Assembly (NCBI GenBank): GCA_950097015.1
Contig: CATNEN010000008.1
Location: forward strand, 310,001 to 374,000
Source of the DNA: Macrostomum hystrix
Taxonomy: Eukaryota > Animalia > Platyhelminthes
Direction: 5' to 3'
Length of the DNA: 64,000 nucleotides
The notes beneath the pieces were generated by a model. That model was not told the DNA's origin. It did no database searches and saw nothing but the letters and a program-made list of their open reading frames with translations. The first letter of the stretch is position 1, and each line of letters starts with the position of its first letter. This document shows positions 11,101-22,761 of the stretch, one piece after another. A program made the position numbers and the translations under genes.

Positions 11101-14100
11101 CACTCTTTTCATAGTCACTCTCCAGCTCAAAGTCACTCTCTAGCCACTTTTAGAGACCACAAAACACTCACGTCAATCTTTTTCTCCTGATCCGAATCGG
11201 AGTCGGAGTCGGACGAGCTGCTACCGCTTTTAGCTGGCTTTTTACTGCGCCAAGGATTATCTTCATCGTCGCGAATGATGTAGCCTTCGGCGTCCACTCG
11301 CTGCTCCGTGGCTGCATTCGACGAACCCGACAGCAGGGTCTCGACAGGAGCGGCCGCGACGCCGCTTCCACTGGCGACGACTGCGCTGCTGGTGTCTGAA
11401 TGCGAATTGAATTACAATGTTAAAAAACGGGGTCAGTGGCAGAGCAGTTAACGCGTTTACCACTCGCACCAAGGTCCCTGAGCTCGATTCCGCGGCGCAG
11501 CAGCGAAAAGAAGGCTTGGTGGCTTGTCGTGCAATTTACGCCCTTCAGGGAGGGTGTAACAGTGAGAGTGTACACTGCCTGTCGGTGAGAAAGTCAGGGC
11601 AGATGTGCACACTGTGAGGGTGTGAGTGAGTACGGTATCTGTGTGCGTGTGTGCTCAGGAATCAGCGAAATGGACAGAATTGCCTCCTCGCTGGCTGCGG
11701 GTCTACTGCCGCTAAATTGTGTGCCAGTGTCCGCAGTCCTCCTGCAATTATTTAGATATTTTATACAAAGGTAAACGGAGATCACTCAGATTTTTCACCT
11801 CGATTTCTCGACCGTCGACCATGATTCAGAATATTCCCAATAATGCCGCCGCGCTTCACCTTGGCGTTGACAGCGTCGTCTCGCTGCTGCTGCTGCTGCT
11901 GCTGCTGCTGTTCCGTGCTGCCACTAGAAGATTGCGAGAAGAGCTGAGCGGAGGAAGGCAGCGGCTGGGGCATCGGCGACACGGGATCCATCGACATCAG
12001 GTCAGGCTCCAATGACTGCCGAACAGACGAAGCGCCGCCGCCTCCGCCACCGCTAATCGACGCCGAATGATGCGACAATCGATCGATGGACAATTGCGAT
12101 CCGCTTCCGTAGTCATTATGACTGGCCAGGCCACCCGCTGCGCCGGCACCATCGGGCAGCGGGGAGCTGAAGTCCAGGAATTGCTCGCTGCTATCGCTAA
12201 CTGGCCTAGGCACAGTGCTGCCAGTGCGAGTACGCTCAACGAACAACACCAGGAGGCGATCCACTGAGTTGGCCTCCAACTGACGCTCAATGTTGCACTG
12301 GGCGTCTACTAACTGCCGACCGGCCGATCCAAGCGGCTGAGCGAACCGGCTAACAAAGCTGAGCATGGACTCAAGGTGCTTGATTTCTGTCTCCTCGAAG
12401 TAGGCACAAGACTTTCGCATGCCCTCTTCAAATGCGTTTCTCGCGTGATTGTACTTTTCTACGTTGAAGCGAAAGTCTTTGATTGCGGCCTCCAGCTTAG
12501 ACATTGCTTTCTTCTTCTCCTTCTCTGAGGCTGATTCGCTAGTTATTACCTGTGGGTTGAGCATTGCGGTGAGATCAGTTGGTCAGAGGACAGTCAGGCT
12601 GGAGTGATGTGAGGGCAGTCAGGCTGCAGTGAGGTGAGGGCAGTCAGGCTGGAGTGATGTGAGGGCAGTCAGGCTGCAGTAAGGTGAGGGCAGTCAGGCT
12701 GCAGTAAGGTGAGGGCAGTCAGGCTGCAGTGAGGGCAGTCAGGCTGCAGTGAGGGCAGTCAGGCTGCAGTGAGGGCAGTCAGGCTGCAGTGAGGGCAGTC
12801 AGGCTGCAGTGAGGGCAGTCAGGCTGCAGTGAGGGCAGTCAGGCTGCAGTGAGGGCAGTCAGGCTGCAGTGAGGGCAGTCAGGCTGCAGTGAGGGCAGTC
12901 AGGCTGCAGTGAGGGCAGTCAGGCTGCAGTGAGGGCAGTCAGACTGCAGTGAGGGCAGTCAGGCTGCAGTGAGGTGAGGGCATTCAGGCTGCAGTGAGGG
13001 CAGTCAGGCTGCAGTGAGGTGAGGGCAGTCAGGCTGCAGTGAGGGCAGTCAGGCTGCAGTGAGGTGAGGGCAGTCAGGCTGCAGTGAGGGCAGTCAGGCT
13101 GCAGTGAGGTGAGGGCAGTCAGGCTGCAGTGAGGTGAGGGCAGTCAGGCTGCAGTGAGGTGAGGGCAGTCAGGCTGCAGTGAGGGCAGTCAGGCTGCAGT
13201 GAGGGCAGTCAGGCTGCAGTGAGGGCAGTCAGGCTGCAGTGAGGTGAGGGCAGTCAGGCTGCAGTGAGGTGAGGGCAGTCAGGCTGCAGTGAGGGCAGTC
13301 AGGCTGCAGTGAGGTGAGGGCAGTCAGGCTGCAGTGAGGGCAGTCAGGCTGCAGTGAGGTGAGGGCAGTCAGGCTGCAGTGAGGGCAGTCAGGCTGCAGT
13401 GAGGTGAGGGCAGTCAGGCTGCAGTGAGGTGAGGGCAGTCAGGCTGCAGTGAGGTGAGGGCAGTCAGGCTGCAGTGAGGGCAGTCATGCTGCAGTGAGGT
13501 GAGGGCAGTCAGGCTGCAGTGAGGTTAGGGCAGTCAGGCTGCAGTGAGGTCAGGGCAGTCAGGCTGCAGTGAGGGCAGTCAGGCTGCAGTGAGGGCAGTC
13601 AGGCTGCAGTGAGGTCAGGGCAGTCAGGCTGCAGTGAGGGCAGTCAGGCTGCAGTGAGGGCAGTCAGACTGCAGTGAGGGCAGTCAGGCTGCAGTGAGGG
13701 CAGTCAGGCTGCAGTGAGGGCAATCAGGCTGCACTGATTAGGTACGCATACCTTCCTAGCCTCTAGGTGGCGGGTCTGGCAGGCCTGCCTCTTGTTCTGC
13801 ACCATGCCAAAGCAGGTCTTGGCTGTGGCGGAGTTATTCATAGTTCGCTGATTGTCGGTATCTTTGAAGCTCTTGACGGCTCGCTGCTGCTCCTCTGAAT
13901 GCTTCTGAACATCTCGCACCAGCGTCAGGCCGTTGGTGGCCAAATCTGCATGCGCTGAGGCCATTTGTTCAACGGCAGCTAAAAGTACATCCCAGCATGG
14001 CGAGAAGCTACCAGTACCGCCAGCCACAGCTTTAGACGCCGCTAATCGCTTGCTGAGCTTGAGCAGGCCCTTGTGATGAGAGTCCTCCAACTGTTGATAG

Positions 14101-14243
14101 TCGCGCAGGAAGGCTAATAATTCGTTAGTCGCTTGGCAACTGTGCGCATTGAAATTTGAGTACAAAGCATCGAAGCCGTTGTGCTTCTCGCCCCAGTAAT
14201 TGTTGACAAATAATGCACCGGAGGCGGCGCCGCTGCGCGACAT
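8171..14243 (-). CDS. FCHO: FCHO1/2-like muniscin (F-BAR + mu-homology domain); exons 14243-13752, 12549-11799, 11395-11172, 10802-10087, 9607-9343, 8485-8171 (920 aa)
   Basis: N-term FVNNYWGEKHNGFDALY (F-BAR); VDAEGYIIR...SSSDSDSD..KKIDVRIK linker; C-terminal MHD (ETIHCRW, LKAKF, VQF, YRLDVNKRRIVSGQY). All six exons join in phase and total 2763 nt. Confidence 0.93.
8512..8770. repeat. Minisatellite, 27-bp unit TTAAGCTAGATCCCAAATGGGGATTCT, in the last FCHO intron
   Basis: About 9-10 tandem units ending about 25 nt from the acceptor at 8486. Confidence 0.93.
8925..9225 (+). mobile_element. tRNA-headed SINE family 1, copy A (5' truncated)
   Basis: B-box-like AGTTCGATTCC and a body shared with the copies at 11431, 37845, 41258, 62472 and 63279; AAT-type tail. 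Confidence 0.85.
10850..11150. repeat. Minisatellite, 18-bp unit CTCATAGTCACTCTCCAG, filling FCHO intron 3
   Basis: Tandem degenerate units between the donor at 11171 and the acceptor at 10803. Confidence 0.92.
11431..11750 (+). mobile_element. SINE family 1, copy B (FCHO intron 2)
   Basis: A-box GTGGCAGAGCAG, B-box AGCTCGATTCC, shared body and tail; internal deletion. Confidence 0.87.
12590..13733. repeat. Minisatellite, 20/25-bp unit GAGGGCAGTCAGGCTGCAGT(GAGGT), filling FCHO intron 1
   Basis: About 1145 bp of a 1202-bp intron. Confidence 0.96.
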
Positions 14244-14792
14244 TTTATTTTCACTTTGAAGTTTAGTCCTAAATGCCGTCCAGCTGAAAATCGGGAATTT
14301 ATTTTTGTTAAAGTTTATCAGTTATTAAAATGCTACTCACACTACTCACAGTAGCTGGAACGCTTACTTCAGTACTTATAATTAATTTTATGCAATCGAG
14401 TCACTAGACAAATAAAAAGACAAAGGGATTAACACTGCAAGATTTCAACAATAATTAACAATATTTATATACGAGTTGTAGAACGTAAAACTTGCAATAA
14501 GCAGATGGCTGTACACATTGCAAGCATTGCAAATGTCCAGGTAAATCAAATTTATACTACTTGTGTTCACACATTATGGATTTCGCATTAAAGGAATTAT
14601 TATTCATATGTTTTTATTAGCGTTATGTGCAAGGCATTGACTAATTGATAAATTATAGTTGCGATTTCACTATTTAGCAAACGGTTTACAATAGAATGCT
14701 CAAGTGGTATACTACTTACAGTAGCATTATATGAGAAACAGTAGTATATTAATTTGGGTGGAAAAAAGCTTGTCCAATAAAACATTTCTCGG

Positions 14793-17700
14793 CTACTTCT
14801 TGCCGGCGTCTTTGTTGTATTCGGCCAGCACCGAGTCCAGCCCGAATTTCGATCGATACTGGGCAAAGAAATAGCGCACGTGATTCTCCGTCTTGCTGCC
14901 AATCAGCTGCGCTATGGAGCGGAAATCTTTGCCGTAACGCCGCACACCCTGCACAGCCAATAGGAGCTCTTCGTCTGTCCACTTGTAGGAGATCTGGCCC
15001 TCTGCGTCCGGCTCCTGATAGGCCTGCTTGGCGGATGGGATTGGCCGTGACCATTTCACAACTCTTTCAGATCTAATTAAGAAAACTGCTTTGGGATCTT
15101 TATGAAAGGTTGCCTAGGGTCATTAGCCCATAAACCTACATTCCCGAAAGTGGGATAACCATACATTCCCGCTGAATCCTCAAGTAGGATAACCCTACAT
15201 TCCCGCTAAACTCTCAAGTGGGGTAACCCTACATTCCCGCTAAACCCTCAAGTGGGATAACCCTACATTCCCGCTAAACCCTCAAGTGGGATAACCCTAC
15301 ATTCCCGCTAAACTCTCAAGTGGGATAACCCTACATTCCCGCTGAATCCTCAAGTGGGATAACCCTACATTCCCGCTGAATCCTCAAGTGGGATAACCCT
15401 ACATTCCCGCTGAATCCTCAAGTGGGATAACCCTACATTCCCGCTAAACTCTCAAGTGGGATAACTCTACATTCCCGCTGAATCCTCAAGTGGGACAACC
15501 CTACATTCCCGCTGAATCCTCAAGTGGGATAACCCTACATTCCCGCTAAACTCTCAAGTGGGATAACTCTACATTCCCGCTGAATCCTCAAGTGGGATAA
15601 CCCTACATTCCGCTGAATCCTCAAGTGGGATAACCCTACATTCCGCTGAATCCTCAAGTGGGATAACCCTACATTCCCGCTGAATCCTCAAGTGGGGTAA
15701 CTCTACATTCCCGCTGAATCCTCAAGTGGGATAACCCTACATTCCCGCTGAATCCTCAAGTGGGATAACCCTACATTCCCGCTGAATCCTCAAGTGGGAT
15801 AACCCTACATTCCCGCTGAATCCTCAAGTGGGATAACCCTAGACTAAAAACTGCTCAAACCTGAATCTGGCTGAGCAGCGACTCCCATCTCTGGGTGAGC
15901 TGAGCTCGATTCCGCTGCACCCTAGACCTGGCCGAAGCCAGCTGAGCGTCGAGGGCGTCGACAACGGCGGAGACACGACCGCGGCCTTGGCCAGACATAG
16001 CCAGCAGGGCTTCATAGTCTAGAAAGATGCCGCGTGGCAGCTTGCGCCTGTGCTGCTGCTGCTGCTGCTGCTGCTTCTGGCGAGAGTCGGAGTCCAAGCC
16101 GGATGATTCCTGCTCCTTCTCCTCCGCTATCTTTTGCTGCTGCTGCTGCTGCTGATGCTGAGGCCGCCGCACTCGACGGCAGCCGGGCCGCAGCTCCGGT
16201 AGCTCGGTGTCGGACCATTCCGAGCCGCTGTCGTCGCCGCGTTGACCTCGCCGTTCCATTAGAGAGGTCTTGGCTCGAGTCTTCTTCCACTGATAATAGT
16301 ACTTCACCTGGATTGGGGCAAAGTTTTGTTTTCAAAACAAAAACTTAACAAACTGAACAAATAGTTTCCCACAGGCCAGATTCTAACCGAAAATCTAAAC
16401 CTACAATCACTGGTCCCTCCGGGAAATCACCCGATAATTTTTGGTCAAACGCGATAACATTGCGTATTTCGAATACGAAAAAACTATCTTGTTTTAATCG
16501 AACAGTCGACAACATGTCCGAATTAAATTCGATTATCAGATTCGATAACAAAATCGATTCACTTCCGATTCAGACACGTTTTTTCGATACGATAACCGCT
16601 CATTTCGGAATTATTTCGGAATCGGAACTATGTCTGTGTACATACAATACTGAATATTATTTCAGCTAAAAAACACCAGTACTAGCACTGCAGAAAACTA
16701 GAATAAAAAGTACAGGTACTGCTGCTTCTTCATCTGCCATGAAAATTGAAAATCTGAAAACTTTAAGAGTTGAGTACACACGATTTGCTATTCGCCGAAA
16801 AGCTGTTTTACTTTTAAGCTTCATTAAACAAGACTTCACGTCCTAACAGGTGAAGCGACTTTGCCGATCAGTGATGATTCAGTGTTGATCAGTCCCCAAC
16901 AGGTGCGAGGCTTTATTGCCCCTCGCTGATTTAGACTCAGTAAGAGTTGATCAGTCCCCAACAGGTGCGAGGCTTTATTGCCCCTCGCTGATTTAGACTC
17001 AGTAAGAGTTTATCAGTCCCCAACAGGTGCGAGGCTTTATTGCCCCCCGCTGATTTAGACTCGGTAAGAGTTTATCAGTCCCCAACAGGTGCGAGGCTTT
17101 ATTGCCCCTCGCTGATTTAGACTCAGTAAGAGTTTATCAGTCCCCAACAGGTGCGAGGCTTTATTGCCCCCCGCTGATTTAGACTCGGTAAGAGTTTATC
17201 AGTCCCCAACAGGTGCGAGGCTTTATTGCCCCTCGCTGATTTAGACTCAGTAAGAGTTTATCAGTCCCCAACAGGTGCGAGGCTTTATTGCCCCCCGCTG
17301 ATTTAGACTCAGTAAGAGTTTATCAGTCCCCAACAGATGCGAGGCTTTATTGCCCCCCGCTGATTTAGACTCAGTAAGAGTTTATCAGTCCCCAACAGGT
17401 GCGAGGCTTTATTGCCCCTCGCTGATTTAGACTCAGTAAGAGTTTATCAGTCCCCAACAGGTGCGAGGCTTTATTGCCCCTCGCTGATTTAGACTCAGTA
17501 AGAGTTTATCAGTCCCCAACAGGTGCGAGGCTTTATTGCCCCTCGCTGATTTAGACCCAGTTAGAGTTTATCAGTCCCCAACAGGTGCGAGGCATTATTG
17601 CCCCTCGCTGATTTAGACCCAGTTAGAGTTTATCAGTCCCCAACAGGTGCGAGGCATTATTGCCCCTCGCTGATTTAGACTACTTGTTTAAAAATCGATT

Positions 17701-19781
17701 CACGAAAAATTATCGGGTAAGAATCAGAATATTCACAAATACAAATGCTATTGCAAACCCGAAAAACACACAAGTTATCGGAATGTTATCGTTCGCATTA
17801 TCGTATGAAGTTATCGGGTGAATTGCCCAGAGGGGTGTTTAGCAAAAGCTGAGAATATAGAACAAGCGAAGCAAAACGTACCAGATGTGGCACAGACTTA
17901 TCCGGCAGGGCGTGTATGATCTTGTGAAACTGTTTGCCCTGGAAGCTGAACGCCTGGTCGAACACCACCTTCTCTTCGTGAGTCCATTCGTCAGGGTAAG
18001 GAATGAAATTCGGCAGGTCCGCTGTGGCCAGTTCAATGTTGTGCTTGTGCCAGTAGAGCATGCCAAGAGCCTGCTCAGTTGAGTAGCCGAACTTCTCCCG
18101 GGCCAGGTCTACGAAATTCGCCACCTTGGACAGCAATAGTAACAGACATTAATAATCACCGACACCTACCAATCTAATGGACTTCTACACATAAAAATCG
18201 AATAACTAAAAACTAGCACAACAAACCTGTAAATCAGTGACAATGTTGGCTGCCTCTGGCACTGGCGTCCAAACGCAGAGAGCCCGATCAGGCGACTGAC
18301 AGCGACTGCCAGGAGGGCCAACTATGTTCAATGGGGTGGCCTGATACTCGCGTCCAATGCGCATTTTGGCATCTGTTTGTGAGAGGATAGGTTGTATTGA
18401 TATTGAAAAATAGTTTTAATGGAATGTCTGGCCAAATCAAACAATTCATTTAAGGAAATTATTATGTTGTATTTCAATTAAAAATGTAACTTTGTTTTGC
18501 AGACTTTAGAACTGTTTCAAAAAGTTCTTTGAATCTTTGTTTTTATGAAATATTTTTTGTAGATCCAAAAGAAGTCTGGCTATTAAAATGTCCTAAAATG
18601 TAATATGCAATATATCACAAATGTGAATGATAAACCTAAAATTCTGTAAATAATATATACATATACAATTATTTTTTATCTAACTCTTTATTACAAATAT
18701 AACCCTAAAAGCTATTCTTGATTATGATACATAAGAATCTAAACTCATTAGTAAGCAATAAGCTTCTTAAAAAAATTAAGGGATAAAGTGATATTTTTTC
18801 TTCAAAAATATTCATAAATAGCCAGCTATAATGCTTTCTTAATTTGTTTACTAATCATTAATAGCAAAAAAAATAAACAAAATATAAAAACATGTGCATA
18901 TTGGATATAATGCACTAATTATATCATAACTAATAAACATTTGCTTAGACTTACTCATGAATTTTATATGAATTCTATATGAATTCTATTTGAATATGAA
19001 TTCTATATTACTAATGAATTCATATTAGGTTTATAATGTTATTTATTAGGCCTAGCTATATATACTTTTTTGTTTTATATTAACTTTAATTAAAAAAATT
19101 AAAACTATAGGGCATAGGCCTAAGACTAAGTTGCCAAGGCACAATAGTAGTGAATATGTTTTACAGGTAAATGACACAACTATATATTTATATTTCTTTT
19201 CATATAGCTAATTGAAAAATAAAGAAGATAATTAAAGTTACAAAATAAAAATAACAAATAGACAAAAACATAATGAGCAATCGCATTGCTAAGTTAAGAG
19301 GTGTAAGAGAAAGGTGCTTGTGATTTTTTTATGCTAAAAGTTTTCTGTATGCATGCTTTGAAAATTATTTATTATGCTTAATGGTACATATACAGAAACA
19401 TTTCCAAGTTAGCAACATTCTAGTTATTTCTTTGCAAGGTCTCTTACCTGCATATGGACCACGTTGCTTGATTTCATCAGAATCAGAGTCATCAGATGTT
19501 GAAATTGTTGGAGTATTGCTTTGGTATGCTAATAATCGGTCTATGTCAGACCTGGTTGCAACTGGGACAGCTACCCTAGAAACCTTGGCACTGGAGTTAT
19601 CTTTCTGAACAGGTAGTGGCACTGTTCGAAAAGGTCTATCTTGTTTTGATAGAGTTGTAAAGGAGAAGCTTTCAGTAGTCGCTGCACCAAAAAGTCCATC
19701 TGCTGACTTTAAAAAGTCGTCGATCTGCTGTGTTAAGTTTGAATCACCCTGAGCCGACCTTTTCGTACCACGCGAAGCCAT
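14793..19781 (-). CDS. RCOR: REST corepressor (CoREST; ELM2-SANT1-SANT2); exons 19781-19448, 18372-18227, 18124-17882, 16307-15861, 15023-14793
   Basis: ELM2 (MRIGREYQA, GYSTEQALGMLYWH), SANT1 (DEWTHEEKVVFDQAF...VKYYYQWKKTR), SANT2 (KWTDEELLLAVQGVRRYGKDF..IA..IGSKT). Exons join in phase; the first exon (19448-19781) is less certain. Confidence 0.9.
15145..15842. repeat. Minisatellite, 34-bp unit GTGGGATAACCCTACATTCCCGCTGAATCCTCAA, about 20 copies, last RCOR intron
   Basis: Begins about 18 nt after the donor at 15860. Confidence 0.95.
16888..17680. repeat. Minisatellite, 62-bp unit, about 13 copies, RCOR intron 3
   Basis: Unit starts at 16888, 16950, 17012 and onward. Confidence 0.95.
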
Positions 19782-20361
19782 GACTATGAATGATGACTTC
19801 AACCAGTAAAGTTAAGTAAAATTTAGCCTTACAATTTAGAGCCGCAATGAAATAATGTATTTGTTAACTTATTAAATTTCCTTTTGCGTCAAGAAAAAGC
19901 TAAATAACGCGATTTATTTACCACTGTATATACGACTCGAACCTACGGATCACGGCTCACGGAGACTATAGTTTAGTTTTAAATTTCCAAGAAAATATAT
20001 CATAAGTTAAATTATTCTTAAAGAAAAGTTGTATTAGCATATCAGGAAGTAAATGTGATTTATACTTCTATTTATAAATTACTCCGTAAGAATCTAGAGT
20101 CTTTAAAAAACCTTTATTATATTTGCAAAGATTTATTTGTTATGCTTTCCGGAACAAGTTCAATGCGGATCACCATTTAAAAGTTGCTGTCTCATTATCT
20201 TTATCTCAGTAATTGGTATTTACTTCCAACCCTTATGATTCGTTTATGTCTCTAAGATGTTTCTTCCTAACGCCAAGTTTATTGTTGCCATCAGACCCAT
20301 AACCGATACTGTACGTTTGGTTGTCTCGGGTTCAACTTAACCTTAAGTAGTAAGAAAAGAC

Positions 20362-22761
20362 CAGTGTTGGGCAACTTCCGTTCCTCCGTTCCTCCGTTAC
20401 TACCGGAAGTTACTTTTTTGTTAGGTAACGGACTTGGTAACGGAATTGACTTTTTGTAAGTCTGTTACTTCTGTTACTATTACAATTTCGTGTTATTTGC
20501 TTGTTTTACCCGTTTGTGTAAATTTCCTATTTGTCATCGTTTATCTGTTTTTTACCATCTCTTTAGTCTTTTATTTGTATGTTGTTCTATTTTTTGTGAC
20601 TTTTTACATTTTAATTGTATTTTTTGTTTATCTGTTGACTGCATTTATTTTTTTTCGTTTTTCGTTCCTTTGAATCCTTTTCTAGCGTCTGACCTCTGTA
20701 ACTCTGTTTACTGCGAGTCTGCGAATTTGCACACATGGCATCGTCATCGATATCCCCAACGCCAAACCCCTGGGAACATTTGGTTCCCTTTTTTGGGAGA
20801 TGGAGCCGACGGCAGCAGCCTCTCTAGCGGGAATGGCGATATCGCCATTCCCGCTAGAGAGGCTGCTGCCGTCGGCTGTGACGACCTTCTAAGCCACGTC
20901 AGTCAGCCGCAAAAGCTCCACAAGGAGGAGAACTCCAGGATGAAGGCAAAGATATCATAACTTCTCATAAAAAACTCATAACTTCATAAGTCAAAGACTC
21001 AAAGTGGATTTCAAATGGCAGCTGAAATGGCAATCCTGCATTCTCATTCGTTAAATTATTTCCCGGAAAGACACTTGTTAAAAGTTAAAACTTAAGTCAA
21101 AAGTTCCCGTAACTTTCCTGGAAATTAATTTATTCAAACAACAAATATGCAAGATTGCTACTGATATAATTTCGTTACTGATTAAAAATGAATAGTGAAT
21201 TAGTGATTATAAGGGTTATAACACATTTTATTTAGCATGTAAAGATATAGTCGATATACTTCGGGTGTCCGGAAAGTCATGAGAATGTGTTATTCTAACT
21301 ACTTAGACACAAGCTATTGACAAGATACTGTACCATTCTAACACTTGACTTAATTTATGTCTATGGCTGAAAGAGCTAGATTCTAGCTTCAAATTTGGGG
21401 GTAACTTAGAAGTCTAGGCCACTGCAACGCAGAGGCAAAGCAAGCATCTATCGTTACTTTTTTCTTCATTGATCCTTGCTGCTGCTTTGAGATGGACGAG
21501 TTTCAAGCTTATGCTTATACCAGGTATAAGCTTGGTATATCTGCTCCTGATTGCCATGGAGAACTGCTGAAAGTGCATGGAGATGTGGCGCCTGGTCTGT
21601 CGTCAGTGTACCGATGGTACACAAGGTTCCGTGACGAGTCGTACCCACTGGCCCAAGCTGCCCGTACTGGCCGGCCGAGATCGACGAGAACACCAGAGCT
21701 GATCGAGACCTGCAGAAATCTCGTGAAAGAAGACCCAAAAGTGTCAGAGATCTTGCTGACTTCATGGAGGTTGGGAAATCAACAGTGCATGAAATATTGA
21801 CTGAAGACCTGCAACTTCGCAATGTGTCTGCCGTGTGGGTCCCGCATGTTCTCTCCGAGGAGAACAAGGTTGCTCGCGTCAATTGTGCCAAGCAAATACG
21901 TCGGATTTTTCATACCGAGGGCATGACCAGCTTCTGCAACAAGTACGTGGTGGAGGACGAGACGTGGGTGTACCTTAAAAACACTGGTACACGGCAGAAC
22001 AACCGGTGCTGGCTGGGTCAAGGCGACCATCGACCTCAAGTTGTGAGACACTCAGTCGGGGACCCAAAGACAATGCTGGTAGTCGCTTTCACCCCAAGCA
22101 AGCGATTCTCTATCATGTCAACGGCGCCAAAGCAGACTGTTGATGCCAATCGCATCGTTGAATTCGTTCGACACACAGGTGACCTATGGCGGAGCCTCAG
22201 ATCACAGCCAATTCATCTGTCCGAAGTCTTGTGGCAGTGGGACAACGCACGACCTCATGTGGCCCAGCCTGTGCAGCAGTACATGGAGACTCGTGGAGTT
22301 CAACTGCTTTTTCAGAGTCCCTACAGCCCTGATTTCAATTTATGCGACCGTTTTTTCTTCAATTGGCTGAAATCGGACTTCTCGAAGCGGGAGTTCAGCA
22401 GCCACGATGAGGTCCGCGAGGCCGCGTTGCAGTGGGCGAGGGGTCTGGATGCAAACTGCTTGAAACGCGTGGTTCTACGGCTCGTGGAGCACTGCCAAGC
22501 TGTGATTGACTTCAGGGGTAATTACATTACTGATTAGTAAAGTTTCACTGTTCTGCGCGTTTTCATAATTAACCTTTTGTAGTTTTCTCATGACTTTCCG
22601 GACACCCGGAATAGTACAAGTAAAATGACGTACAAATAAAAAAGTAACTGACTTAAAGTAACGGAGTACCGGAAGTTACTTTTTGTTAAAGCGTTACAGT
22701 AACTTTTAACGGAAGTTACTGTAAAGAAAGTTACTTTTTGTGAGTAACTTGCCCAACACTG
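20362..22761. mobile_element. Non-autonomous hAT-type DNA transposon (about 1.05 kb own sequence) interrupted by a mariner
   Basis: Perfect 13-bp TIR CAGTGTTGGGCAA / TTGCCCAACACTG; identical 8-bp TSD GAAAAGAC at 20354-20361 and 22762-22769; subterminal GTAAC/GTTAC repeats. Confidence 0.92.
21257..22613 (+). mobile_element. Mariner (DD34D) transposon; transposase 21492-22537 broken by one frameshift near 21745
   Basis: TIRs CGGGTGTCCGGAAAGTCATGAGAA at both ends, bounded by TA; HTH (VYRWYTRF, GRPR); catalytic EDETWV, WDNARPH, YSPDFNLCD with 34 residues between the 2nd and 3rd Asp. Confidence 0.95.

Noticed and set aside
15024-15075. RCOR last exon starting at 15059-15072, as in the ORF track
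   Set aside because: No phase-0 acceptor exists there; cag|gcc at 15023 restores IQ-AYQEPD, matching CoREST IQKYRLPE.
16888-17680. CRISPR-like arrays (this one and the 67-bp arrays)
   Set aside because: The units are contiguous with no unique spacers, the context is eukaryotic introns, and there are no cas genes.
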